Shown: piece by piece, positions 29,579 through 38,189 of the stretch
How the letters are laid out: each line of letters opens with the position of its first letter
Position numbering within the stretch: position 1 is the stretch's first letter
Source of the DNA: Chloroflexota bacterium
Lineage (GTDB): Bacteria; Chloroflexota; Chloroflexia; Chloroflexales; Roseiflexaceae
Direction: 5' to 3'
Length of the DNA stretch: 64,000 nucleotides
Assembly (NCBI GenBank): GCA_046300655.1
Contig: JBKCLM010000070.1
Coordinates: 17,741 to 81,740 of the forward strand
Made by a program: the position numbers and the translations under genes
Notes under the pieces: model-generated
Told to the model about the DNA's origin: nothing
The model's database searches: none
What the model saw: the letters and a program-made list of their open reading frames with translations, nothing else

Positions 29579-30323
29579 GTGGTGGGGTGTGGTGGTGGCA
29601 TTGTTGGAGGAAGTGTGCCACGGCCCTGGCCCCTGCACTTGCTTCGACCTCGATGTCAAATGTATCACCGACGCGCGCACTGAGTTGACCAACAAAGTGC
29701 ATCAGTGTTGCCCAGTCAAGATAGGCACTATGGCGACCATGGATGTGTTTGTGGCGGTCGCCATAATCTGCGGTGTCCGGCGAGCTGATGTGGAGCAATG
29801 GTCGTCGTGACCCCCATGTGTGATAGCACTGTGTGGCGGCAATGATCGGTTGATATGGCCAGGGCGATTGAATATGATAGTGCAACCAATCAAAGATGAT
29901 AGGAATGCCTGATGCGCATAGATTATCAATCGACTGATTCGTGATCTCGATCGCAAGATATGTGCGTATGTGGGCCGGTATGGCTTGCAACGCCTGCCAT
30001 GTGTGTGGCGATGCTGATGGCATGTGGCAAATGATAACACCGTCATCTGCCTCGATATGACGCAGAAAATCGGCGTAGTCCGTGAGTTGTGAGATGATGG
30101 TGTGTGGTGCAACCAGCGGTGCATGAATCACACATCGCAACTGGTGCTGAATAAGTGTATGTCGGATTGCAATCGTTGTTGCACTATCAATTGGCGCAAT
30201 CGATGTGTGAGGGATACGTACGACACCATGCCCTAACTGATTTGCAGTTAGACAACGTGCTAATAGTCGTAATCCTGCTGTTGCATGGGGTGCAACCTCG
30301 AGCGTGCTACTGCCAAATCGCAT
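29520..30323 (-). CDS. uvdE: UvdE-like UV-damage endonuclease (TIM-barrel), divergent and short form
   Basis: IPIIFDWLHYH, PLLHISSP...GRHSAYLD and FDIEVEASAGARAV match UvdE blocks (FDxHHH, HLSSP...HADY, MIEAK.KD.A) from memory. AAGGAG lies 7 nt upstream of ATG 30323. The last ~19 codons lie in the tandem repeat. Confidence 0.6.
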   Translation of the reverse strand: MRFGSSTLEVAPHATAGLRLLARCLTANQLGHGVVRIPHTSIAPIDSATTIAIRHTLIQHQLRCVIHAPLVAPHTIISQLTDYADFLRHIEADDGVIICHMPSASPHTWQALQAIPAHIRTYLAIEITNQSIDNLCASGIPIIFDWLHYHIQSPWPYQPIIAATQCYHTWGSRRPLLHISSPDTADYGDRHKHIHGRHSAYLDWATLMHFVGQLSARVGDTFDIEVEASAGARAVAHFLQQCHHHTPPHWQHLWQSQLSEGVRQCIS

Positions 30324-30427
30324 ATGCTGACTCCTTGACAACCATGATTCCTGTCATGAATGTGCCAAGCAATCGCGCTGCGATTGAGCATTACACGAGG
30401 AGCGTGTACTACGGTGTACATAAGGTG

Positions 30428-30456
30428 ATTATAGAACAAATGTGCTAATTTGTCAA
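30428..30456 (-). promoter_or_regulatory. Perfect consensus sigma70 promoter (TTGACA-N17-TATAAT) upstream of the uvdE-like gene
   Basis: On the minus strand, TTGACA is at 30456-30451, followed by a 17-nt spacer and TATAAT at 30433-30428. The -35 element overlaps the stop codon of the MBL gene. Confidence 0.55.
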
Positions 30457-31283
30457 GGGGTAGATGGTGATTCGTCGTCCCACAACGATGGTTGATGGCC
30501 ACGCTGTGCTGGTCCCCATACGACGTGTTGATTGCGTGGGAGTGGTGTGATGGTGTGGTAGTACTGTGCACTCTGATGCATGTTTAGAACACTTCTGACG
30601 CTGCGGACTGCCAAATCGCTGGTATTTGCCTCATGCGATAAATGGGCTAACCAGGCAGTACGTCGGCGTTTGTTCTGTGCGATTTGTGCCAAAAACAAGC
30701 CTGCCTGTATGTTATCAAGATGCCCACGTGGACTAGCGATGCGTAGTTTGAGATGTGGTGCGTAGCTGCTCATATGCAGCCGTTCACGTTCGTGGTTGGC
30801 CTCGATTACGACCAAATCAGCATCACTACATGCGCTGACAAGTGTTTCATCCCACATACCCAAATCAGTTGCAATTACAGTGGTGATGCTATCGTGATGA
30901 ATTTTAATCGCCATCGGTTCAGCTGCATCATGTGATACGGGGATTGGTGTTACCTGCATGCCGGCGATGTTATACGACTGATTGGCGCTGAGAGGCACTG
31001 TCACAACCGATGGTGGCACACTCAATGCATGAAGTGTGCCACGACTAGCAAGGATGGGGAGATTGTAGCGTTTGGCCAGTGCAACGACGCTGGTAATATG
31101 ATCGCTGTGCTCATGCGTTACGATAATGCCATGGAGTTGAGTGGGAGTCGTGCCCAATTGACTAATGCGTTGGGTAATACTGCGTTGACTGATGCCTGCA
31201 TCAACGAGCAAACCGCCGTCATAGGTTGTTTGTACCAGTGTGGCGTTACCCGAACTCCCCGATGCTAGTGATACCACCTGCAT
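30453..31283 (-). CDS. MBL-fold metallo-hydrolase (YycJ/PhnP-like)
   Basis: MQVVSLASGSSGNATLV, THEHSDH, and further His/Asp blocks (VSHD, EANH). Confidence 0.85.
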   Translation of the reverse strand: MQVVSLASGSSGNATLVQTTYDGGLLVDAGISQRSITQRISQLGTTPTQLHGIIVTHEHSDHITSVVALAKRYNLPILASRGTLHALSVPPSVVTVPLSANQSYNIAGMQVTPIPVSHDAAEPMAIKIHHDSITTVIATDLGMWDETLVSACSDADLVVIEANHERERLHMSSYAPHLKLRIASPRGHLDNIQAGLFLAQIAQNKRRRTAWLAHLSHEANTSDLAVRSVRSVLNMHQSAQYYHTITPLPRNQHVVWGPAQRGHQPSLWDDESPSTP

Positions 31284-31285
31284 GA

Positions 31286-32497
31286 CTAGTGCCTGCAGTG
31301 GTGGAGACCACCATCGAGATCGGCGATAATATCATCGACGCTTTCGATGCCCACCGATAGCCGAATCAGGCTGTCGCTGATGCCACGTGCCTGGCGCTCA
31401 CTTGGCGACAACCCGCGGTGTGATGCCATGGCCGGAATGCTAATCATGGTATAAATATCGCCGAGCGTGCTAGCTGGTAGTACGAGTTCGAGGGCATCCA
31501 CAAATGCACGTAGGCCCTGTGGATTGGCCAATTCAAACGACACCATGGCACCATACCGCCCTCCAAGTGTGCGTTGAGCAGTGTCGGCGTCGGGGTGTTG
31601 TGCCAAGCCTGGATAGTGCACTGTCGATACTGCCGAGTGCGATGCCAACCATGTGGCGATCGCGAAGGCATTATCACATTGTCGCATGACTCGTAGCGGC
31701 ATTGTTTTGAGTCCACGCAGAATTTGTAGCGCTTCGAATGGACCAAGCACCATGCCGAGTGTCGCATTGATATGCCGTAATGGCCCCATCAATGCTTCGT
31801 CGCTGACAACGACAACTCCACCGGTGCTGTCGCCGTGCCCACTAAAGTATTTGGTAGCACTGTGACAGACGAAATCAGCCCCCAAGGTGAGTGGTTGTTG
31901 TACGATTGGCGTTGCGATGGTGTTGTCTACAACAGTGCGTGCGCCTACTGATCGGGCAGCGGCACAAATCTGGGCCATATCAACCACGCGGAGTAGTGGG
32001 TTCGATAATTGTTCAATATAGACAATGTCGGGCTGATGTGTGTGAATTGCAGCCGTCACCTCGGCACTGTTGGTCATGTCACAGGTAATGACGGTTGTGC
32101 CATGGTTTGCCACAAAATCGCGCAGCAAAATAGTGGTAGCGCCGTACATGTCGCGTGGTACGACAATCGTGCGTAATGGTCGTTGATTGAGGTGTGATAC
32201 GGCCAGAATTGCGGTGTATATGGCCGACATCCCAGAGGCAGTTGTTAATGCACCTGTGCCCGCTTCGGCGGTGGCTGTGGCGATTTCGAGCGCTGTATTG
32301 GTTGGATTGCCGTTGCGCCCATACGCATATCCTGTTCCTGCCAGGGCTACATCAAAATCGGCAAGACTTTGGTGGAAATAGGTAGTTGAGCTGTATAACG
32401 GTGTGCTGGTAGGGGCACCAGGTTGCGGTGGTTGACGCTCGCCTGCAATCACCATGCGGGTATGGTAGTGCCAAGCTTTATTGAAACGCGGTGCCAT
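31286..32497 (-). CDS. Cys/Met-metabolism PLP-dependent enzyme (cystathionine gamma-synthase/lyase or methionine gamma-lyase family)
   Basis: SATKYFSGHGDSTGG (PLP-lysine block) and C-terminal IRLSVGIE. AAGGAG lies 5 nt upstream of ATG 32497. Confidence 0.85.
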   Translation of the reverse strand: MAPRFNKAWHYHTRMVIAGERQPPQPGAPTSTPLYSSTTYFHQSLADFDVALAGTGYAYGRNGNPTNTALEIATATAEAGTGALTTASGMSAIYTAILAVSHLNQRPLRTIVVPRDMYGATTILLRDFVANHGTTVITCDMTNSAEVTAAIHTHQPDIVYIEQLSNPLLRVVDMAQICAAARSVGARTVVDNTIATPIVQQPLTLGADFVCHSATKYFSGHGDSTGGVVVVSDEALMGPLRHINATLGMVLGPFEALQILRGLKTMPLRVMRQCDNAFAIATWLASHSAVSTVHYPGLAQHPDADTAQRTLGGRYGAMVSFELANPQGLRAFVDALELVLPASTLGDIYTMISIPAMASHRGLSPSERQARGISDSLIRLSVGIESVDDIIADLDGGLHHCRH

Positions 32498-32599
32498 TCA
32501 CACTCCTTTGATTCGCCGTAAGCTCGAATGATGCACAAGTATACCACATCATTTATTTGACACCTGCTGTACTGTTGTGTCACCAAATCACCCTATAAT

Positions 32600-33910
32600 A
32601 TGAGTATGATAGCGTCTAATCAGAATGGTGTGACGGTGAATCAATCAATCCAACAACAACGTCGTCAGTTTTTGCGGCGATGTGTGCTATTTGGGGCCGG
32701 ATTCGTTGTATCAGCGTGTAGTCAACGCGCACCCGAAGCACCGGCTGTCCAACCAACCATAGAGATTTCGGCGGAGGTTATTGCTAGTATGGCTCCGACC
32801 GCTACCGTCGTGGTTACTCCCACACTTCAACCAACGAGTGCAATTCTGAATTTACCAATTGCGCCGACACCTGGTCCGCTCACTCTTGAGTCGGTTGGTG
32901 GCATGAATGATCTTGTCGCCCAAGCTGAGGCTGAAGGTGAACTTGCTATTATTGGTATGCCACGCGAGTTATTTGGATATGCCGAAATCATTGATCTATT
33001 CAAAGCAAAATATGCCATTAATGTCCGTGAGATATTGCCGAGTGCATCATCAAGCGAAGTTGTTGAGATTATGCAACAAACAGCTGTTCAGCCATCGGAT
33101 CAATTGCCTGATGTAGTCGATTTGACACACCTCCAAGCGGCATATGCCCATTCGCGACGACTTTTTCAGCCATATCAAGTACAAACATGGAACGAGATAC
33201 CCGACCGAATCAAGGAGTCTGGCGGTTATTGGTATTGTGGCTACTATGGCGTGGTGGTAATTTTGGTGAATCGTGATTTTGTGCGTATAGCCCCAACAAA
33301 TTGGATAATGTTGAGTAACCCCGAATACATGGGGTTGTTTGCCATGCCTGGCGATCCGCGCACATCACATCAAGCACTGCACGTGGTGTACTCGGCTACA
33401 ATCGAGCGCACTGGTAGTTTGATTGACATTCGTGAGGGGATTCGTTACTTTGCGCAGTTGCGCAATAGCGGCGTTATGGTTGATCGGATTGGCACCAAGT
33501 CATTGTTCTTACTCGGTGAAGCCGCAATTGTGCCGATGTGGTCGTATCTCGCTATGCAAATTATGGACGAGACATCGGGTGCTCCTGTGGTGGATATGGT
33601 GTTACCTGATGCATCAGTTGCAGGGCTAAATGTGCATGCTATCAACGCATATGCTCAGCATCCATTTGCCGCCCGCCTTTGGCAAGAGCATATGTTCAGT
33701 GACGAGGTACAGTTGATTTTGGCCCGTGCCAACGCAATTCCTGCTCGTTTTGATGAAATGCAACGTGCCAACGTGATTGGAACCGATCTCGCAGAACGCT
33801 TCCCTAACCCGACGCAGCTGAGCGCGGTGATTGTTCCAAGCGAGAAAGACATGCTCGAGGCCAAGGACGTTATTCAGGAACAATGGCAGAGCGTGTTTGA
33901 GATTGAATAG
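32600..33910 (+). CDS. Orphan ABC substrate-binding lipoprotein with Tat-like signal (iron/polyamine/thiamine SBP class)
   Basis: QQQRRQFLRRCVLFGAGFVVSAC (twin-Arg plus lipobox), Pro/Thr linker and SBP-like body. No permease or ATPase gene adjacent. TATAAT (32594-32599) immediately precedes the ATG, so ATG 32606 may be a leaderless start. Confidence 0.7.
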   Translation: MSMIASNQNGVTVNQSIQQQRRQFLRRCVLFGAGFVVSACSQRAPEAPAVQPTIEISAEVIASMAPTATVVVTPTLQPTSAILNLPIAPTPGPLTLESVGGMNDLVAQAEAEGELAIIGMPRELFGYAEIIDLFKAKYAINVREILPSASSSEVVEIMQQTAVQPSDQLPDVVDLTHLQAAYAHSRRLFQPYQVQTWNEIPDRIKESGGYWYCGYYGVVVILVNRDFVRIAPTNWIMLSNPEYMGLFAMPGDPRTSHQALHVVYSATIERTGSLIDIREGIRYFAQLRNSGVMVDRIGTKSLFLLGEAAIVPMWSYLAMQIMDETSGAPVVDMVLPDASVAGLNVHAINAYAQHPFAARLWQEHMFSDEVQLILARANAIPARFDEMQRANVIGTDLAERFPNPTQLSAVIVPSEKDMLEAKDVIQEQWQSVFEIE

Positions 33911-33922
33911 AGGAGTCCCACC

Positions 33923-34657
33923 ATGTTGCCACGCCCACCCCGATTGGTGATTTTTGATAAAGATGGTACGTTAATCGATTTTCAACGCATGTGGGGGCAT
34001 TGGGCTAGTGCGTTTGCCGAGCGGATTAGCCAGCATATTGTGGTTGATGTGCGTCAGGATATTTTGCGATTATATGGAGTTGACCCGCAGTCGTTACGGA
34101 TTGACCCCCAAGGTGCACTGTCGATTTCGCCGATGGCGACTATGCAACAACTGGTTGTGCAGCACATCATGCCCTACTGTAGTGATATGGCACAGGCGTA
34201 TCAGATTGTAGAGCAGGCCTGGCAACCACCTGATCCCACTGTTAATGTGTATCCGTTAGCAGATTTGCCACAACTATTTCGCCAATTGCGTCAGCTCGGT
34301 GTGCTGATTGCAGTTGCTACTGCAGATAATCGTCAACCAACAATCGCCACTTTGACACATTTAGGCGTTGTGCAACATGTTGCGGCGTTTGCCTGTGCCG
34401 ATGATCCACATATGCCACCGAAGCCAGCACCTGATAAAATCTGGGCGGTGTGTCGCTCCGTTGGTGTGCACCCGCAGGATGCCATTATGATCGGTGACAC
34501 GCCTGCGGATATGCAAATGGGTCGTAATGCGGGTGTGATGGCACAAATCGGCGTTACGTCGGGTGTATCAACTGCACCCGAACTTACACCATGGGCTAGT
34601 TGGGTGATGCCGACCGTTGCCGAGGTGTGGCAGTACTGGCCGCGTCAATCTGCCTAA
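33923..34657 (+). CDS. HAD-superfamily phosphatase (phosphoglycolate phosphatase-like)
   Basis: LVIFDKDGTLIDF (motif I), VATAD, KPAPD, IGDTPADMQMG. AGGAG lies 7 nt upstream of the ATG. Confidence 0.85.
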   Translation: MLPRPPRLVIFDKDGTLIDFQRMWGHWASAFAERISQHIVVDVRQDILRLYGVDPQSLRIDPQGALSISPMATMQQLVVQHIMPYCSDMAQAYQIVEQAWQPPDPTVNVYPLADLPQLFRQLRQLGVLIAVATADNRQPTIATLTHLGVVQHVAAFACADDPHMPPKPAPDKIWAVCRSVGVHPQDAIMIGDTPADMQMGRNAGVMAQIGVTSGVSTAPELTPWASWVMPTVAEVWQYWPRQSA

Positions 34658-34658
34658 C

Positions 34659-35747
34659 CTATGGATTAGGTGTGGCCGTTGGTATTGTGGGATCCGGGGT
34701 AGGTGTTGCATCTACTGGTGCGGATGTGGGAACAGGCGTCATTGTGGCAAATAGTGGCATCACGATTTGGCGTACGTTGTTAAACAGCGCATTGATGCGT
34801 GGCTGATCGACGTACCAGATGCCATACCCGATCCCGACCAAGATGAGGACAGCGAAAAACACTTTGAGGAAGTTTGCATACGAAGTATTACGCAAATTTG
34901 CTCGACCATAATCGGTAATTGGGTCGTGACGATCGCCGTATTGGAAGCTACGGTACTCGGTAAGCGCCTCATCGACACTCACACCCAAATAGCGTGCATA
35001 CTTTGAAATCATCTCCTCGGCCATGGCTCCGCGTGGTAAATGACTAAAACGATCTTCCTCCATGGCTTGGAGATACGTCAATCGGACGCCGGTGTTGAGC
35101 TCTGCTTGTGTCAATGGGATGCTACGCCGGTTGCGTGATGCCCGTAGCCGTGCGCCGAGTGTCTCGGTGTCTGATGACTCGCGAATATGGAGTGTGGTAC
35201 TTGGGAGTCCGGCGAGGAGTAACTCATCCTCGTCACTTAATGACAGACCTGAGGCATCACCTTTGATTACCGGTGGTTGTGGTACAGGTGGTGGGTCATC
35301 GGATTTGACGACTTTGTTGCGTAGGCGACTCGCTTTGGTTGAGATTTTTTTGCCGGAGCTCGTATCAGCGGGTGGGGCTACTGGCGTCGTGTCAACAGGG
35401 GGCGTAATGTGTGGCATGAGTACATCGACAAGCTCGCGCACCATGAACGGCTTCGATAAAATACCTGCACATCCCATCTGTTTGGCGCGCGTGGTGAGCT
35501 CATCGCTGGGCTCATGAATCGTGATAAATACGGGGATAAGCTTAGCTTTTTCGGAGACGACTTGCCACCCGGCCTGATTATCAATGGTGGGGTCAATGAC
35601 AATTACATCAGGACTTAGTTCGCCAAGTAGCTGATTGACTTGCGCCATGTTCCCTGCACGTCGTACGGTATGTCCTATGTGGCCGAGTTGGAGATCCAAA
35701 CTCATTGTCAGCACGACATCTTCGTCGATTGCCAGAATAATTGCCAT
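34659..35747 (-). CDS. Receiver domain fused to a RodZ-like HTH, one TM segment and a Pro/Thr-rich tail
   Basis: REC: AIDED, VIVIDPT, FITIH, SKPF. HTH: LGARLRASRNRRSIPLTQAELNTGVRLTYLQAMEEDRFSHLP. TM: FLKVFFAVLILVGIGYGIWYV. C-terminal tail: PVPTSAPVDATPTPDPTIPTATPNP. Confidence 0.75.
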   Translation of the reverse strand: MAIILAIDEDVVLTMSLDLQLGHIGHTVRRAGNMAQVNQLLGELSPDVIVIDPTIDNQAGWQVVSEKAKLIPVFITIHEPSDELTTRAKQMGCAGILSKPFMVRELVDVLMPHITPPVDTTPVAPPADTSSGKKISTKASRLRNKVVKSDDPPPVPQPPVIKGDASGLSLSDEDELLLAGLPSTTLHIRESSDTETLGARLRASRNRRSIPLTQAELNTGVRLTYLQAMEEDRFSHLPRGAMAEEMISKYARYLGVSVDEALTEYRSFQYGDRHDPITDYGRANLRNTSYANFLKVFFAVLILVGIGYGIWYVDQPRINALFNNVRQIVMPLFATMTPVPTSAPVDATPTPDPTIPTATPNP

Positions 35748-35789
35748 AGCAATGCTCCGATTACACTCTAAGCATTAGTATAGCCGAAA

Positions 35790-36569
35790 TTAGCGTGGTT
35801 TGGTACTAGCTGCAACAGATAAGTGTGTGAGAAACGCTAACACTCGGTGGAGATATGCAGAGGGGATCATTAACACAAGTAACTCAAGCAACCCAGCTCC
35901 GCTCAAGAGTGCCCAAAACGCACCGGCAATTTGGAGGTGGGATTGTGATGATTGAATGGCAATACCAGTTGCCCAAATCGTGCATGCAGTTGCGATACTG
36001 ACCGTAAATACAAAGAACCAATGCGTGCGTGCGGGGCCAAAAAACGCCGTGATGTAACTCAGGTGTGCGGGCAACCACTCGCCACTAAAGTTATGCACGC
36101 CGAAATAAATGTTTAATTTTGCTAATAAGTGTAAAACATAAAATAGTACTATTGTCACAAATCCTGTTGGATTGGTTGCGCCGGGAATACTCCATAACGC
36201 GCCACCAAGTAATAGGAGTGAGACCAGTTCATGATGGATGGTGCTCTTGACCGCAAAGACAAAGCGTTGGCGATTGGTGAGTGGTAAGGCTGGTAGCTCG
36301 ACCCGTTGCCCCGTGATGAAGCCTGTGTAGTAACTCGCCAAATTCCAGCCCCATACGACGGTCCCGGCGCTAAAAGACGCATACACGGCCCAGGTCTCGC
36401 TGTTCTCACGGAGCAAATACAATGCGACCGCACATGCGGCAGCGACGATACTCATACCACCAAAAGTGGCATCGTACGTCCAGCGTGCCTGTCGATATAA
36501 GATGATGATGATGCCAGTACTGACCCACCATAATACAATTGCATAACTGATGGCAATCAGGTAGTGCAT
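35790..36569 (-). CDS. DUF3623-family membrane protein (PuhE-like, 'photosynthetic complex assembly protein 2')
   Basis: N-terminal AIVLWWVSTGIIIILY matches the WW.STG block I recall for DUF3623/PuhE. Polytopic membrane protein. Starts 9 nt after the PucC-family gene. Confidence 0.55.
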   Translation of the reverse strand: MHYLIAISYAIVLWWVSTGIIIILYRQARWTYDATFGGMSIVAAACAVALYLLRENSETWAVYASFSAGTVVWGWNLASYYTGFITGQRVELPALPLTNRQRFVFAVKSTIHHELVSLLLLGGALWSIPGATNPTGFVTIVLFYVLHLLAKLNIYFGVHNFSGEWLPAHLSYITAFFGPARTHWFFVFTVSIATACTIWATGIAIQSSQSHLQIAGAFWALLSGAGLLELLVLMIPSAYLHRVLAFLTHLSVAASTKPR

Positions 36570-36578
36570 GCAAACCCC

Positions 36579-38012
36579 TTAGTAGAGGAGTTGATCTGCA
36601 GGAATGTCCTGCAATCCACTCCACGGTGAGCGAATTTCACCGTTTGCGAGGCGGCGATCAATGCGTCGGATAACCATGTAGCCAACCATGAATACTAAAA
36701 ACAACCCGGCTACGATATAGACACCGACATACCCCAGTACGACGCTTTGTGTGGTAGCCTGAATATAATCACGGGCGATACCGCCTCCAATCGTGCCGAA
36801 TCCTTGTGCAAGCGCCTGTACAACGCCCCACATCCCCAAAAACAAACCAGTATGGGCGTTGTCGGCAAGCTGCATGACAGTTGCAATACTCCCGACAATA
36901 AATAATCCGCGCCCCATACCAATGATTGAGACGCCAAGCTGGAACAACCAAGCCCCACCCCAGAACCCACTTAACGACACCACGCCAAAACCGACAATCC
37001 CGGCCATGCCACCCGCAATCAGGAGTTTGCCACTCGCGTGACCGCGCCATAACCACCACCCAGCGATGATAATTGCGATAATCATCGAGACACCCCAGAT
37101 GGCCGTCAAAAATGTTGTGGCAGTGACGCTCATGCCGAGTACCTCGCCACCGTATGGCTCAAGCAGAATGTCGTGTGTGCCGAATCCTAAGGTCGCCACG
37201 AAAAAGATGAGAAACATGCCGCGGAGGGCTGAGCTTTGCCAGAGGGTGCGGATTGATGTACCCAACGACTGGCGCGCCTGGCGACTCACCTCGGCAACTA
37301 AAGTCCCGTCAGGGCGCATTTTCTCTTGATTGAATAACGCCAAAAACGTGCAGATCAAAAAGACGACCGCACTACCTTGCATCACCCGAATCAGGTTGGA
37401 ATGCGTGTAGTTGGTCAGTAAAAGACCGACCACTAACGAGCCGACAACCGTGCCAATCACCAGCATTAACCATAGGATGGCTAATGTTTTGCCCCGCTCT
37501 CCATCGCTGGTAATATCGCTGACCAATGCCAAATAACTCGTCTCGACAATATTGACTCCAATGCCGTATACGAGAAAGATTGCAATGCTAAATACGTAGA
37601 CCATCCAACCTTGGAGATTGCTCTCTGGACTGAATAGAATGAGCGAAAACGGCGCAGTTGCTAACCCGCCATACGTCAACATGGCGCCGAGTACTAAATA
37701 CGGCGTGCGCCAACGACCTTCCATCCGCTTTTGGTCTGATATATGTCCAACTACTGTGCGGATGGGTGAGACAAAGTAGTGAATCGACATCAGCGCTGCC
37801 ACAAATCCTGCCGAGATAGCAAGCTCGTGGATCAGGACGCGATTCAGTGTGCCCGTAATCGGTGCAAGTGATACACCCATGCCGAACTGAAACAACCCGA
37901 GTCGCAACACACGGAGCCACCATGGTGCATCAGGATGGCGCATAATCCATGCACGTAATTCCAACCAGCGGGCCTGGATACTACGTGGCAGAAAGGTGCG
38001 TTCACTCGCCAT
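36579..38012 (-). CDS. PucC/LhaA/Bch2-family MFS protein (BCD family)
   Basis: LRLGLFQFGMGVSLAPITGTLNRVLIHELAI...PIRTVVGHISD matches the PUCC-family N-terminal signature. 12-TM layout. Start moved to ATG 38012, with GAGGAG 5 nt upstream. Confidence 0.8.
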   Translation of the reverse strand: MASERTFLPRSIQARWLELRAWIMRHPDAPWWLRVLRLGLFQFGMGVSLAPITGTLNRVLIHELAISAGFVAALMSIHYFVSPIRTVVGHISDQKRMEGRWRTPYLVLGAMLTYGGLATAPFSLILFSPESNLQGWMVYVFSIAIFLVYGIGVNIVETSYLALVSDITSDGERGKTLAILWLMLVIGTVVGSLVVGLLLTNYTHSNLIRVMQGSAVVFLICTFLALFNQEKMRPDGTLVAEVSRQARQSLGTSIRTLWQSSALRGMFLIFFVATLGFGTHDILLEPYGGEVLGMSVTATTFLTAIWGVSMIIAIIIAGWWLWRGHASGKLLIAGGMAGIVGFGVVSLSGFWGGAWLFQLGVSIIGMGRGLFIVGSIATVMQLADNAHTGLFLGMWGVVQALAQGFGTIGGGIARDYIQATTQSVVLGYVGVYIVAGLFLVFMVGYMVIRRIDRRLANGEIRSPWSGLQDIPADQLLY

Positions 38013-38189
38013 GTTGACTCCTCGATGTCTCGTGTCGATATCCTTCGCTTTGGGGCAATCATAGCACATCACTTTTTTGAAATACTATTAATTTGCTGCG
38101 GTATATATTTTGTGTAATTGATGTATATGAAATGTGTGAGTTAGCGAATATTGCATAAGCAATATCCAGAGTCCGGGTAGAATACCTAT

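Noticed and set aside
28907-29695. 262-aa minus-strand ORF as called by the ORF track
   Set aside because: Its N-terminal 89 codons are read through the 104-bp tandem repeat and the 3' end of the uvdE-like gene in an alternative frame, giving repetitive His/Thr-rich peptides. A strong SD plus GTG at 29428 gives a more credible 173-aa product.
34600-34806. 68-aa plus-strand Gly/Val-rich ORF
   Set aside because: It is antisense to the Pro/Thr-rich tail of the REC-RodZ protein and overlaps the end of the HAD gene, so it is a compositional artefact.
38130-38165. Imperfect palindrome GAATATTGCATAAGCAATATCC upstream of mnmE, resembling AATATTGCAATAATATC near 51855
   Set aside because: Only 7 of 8 arm positions pair, and the similarity between the two sites rests on a short AT-rich string. 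This is too weak to call a shared operator.
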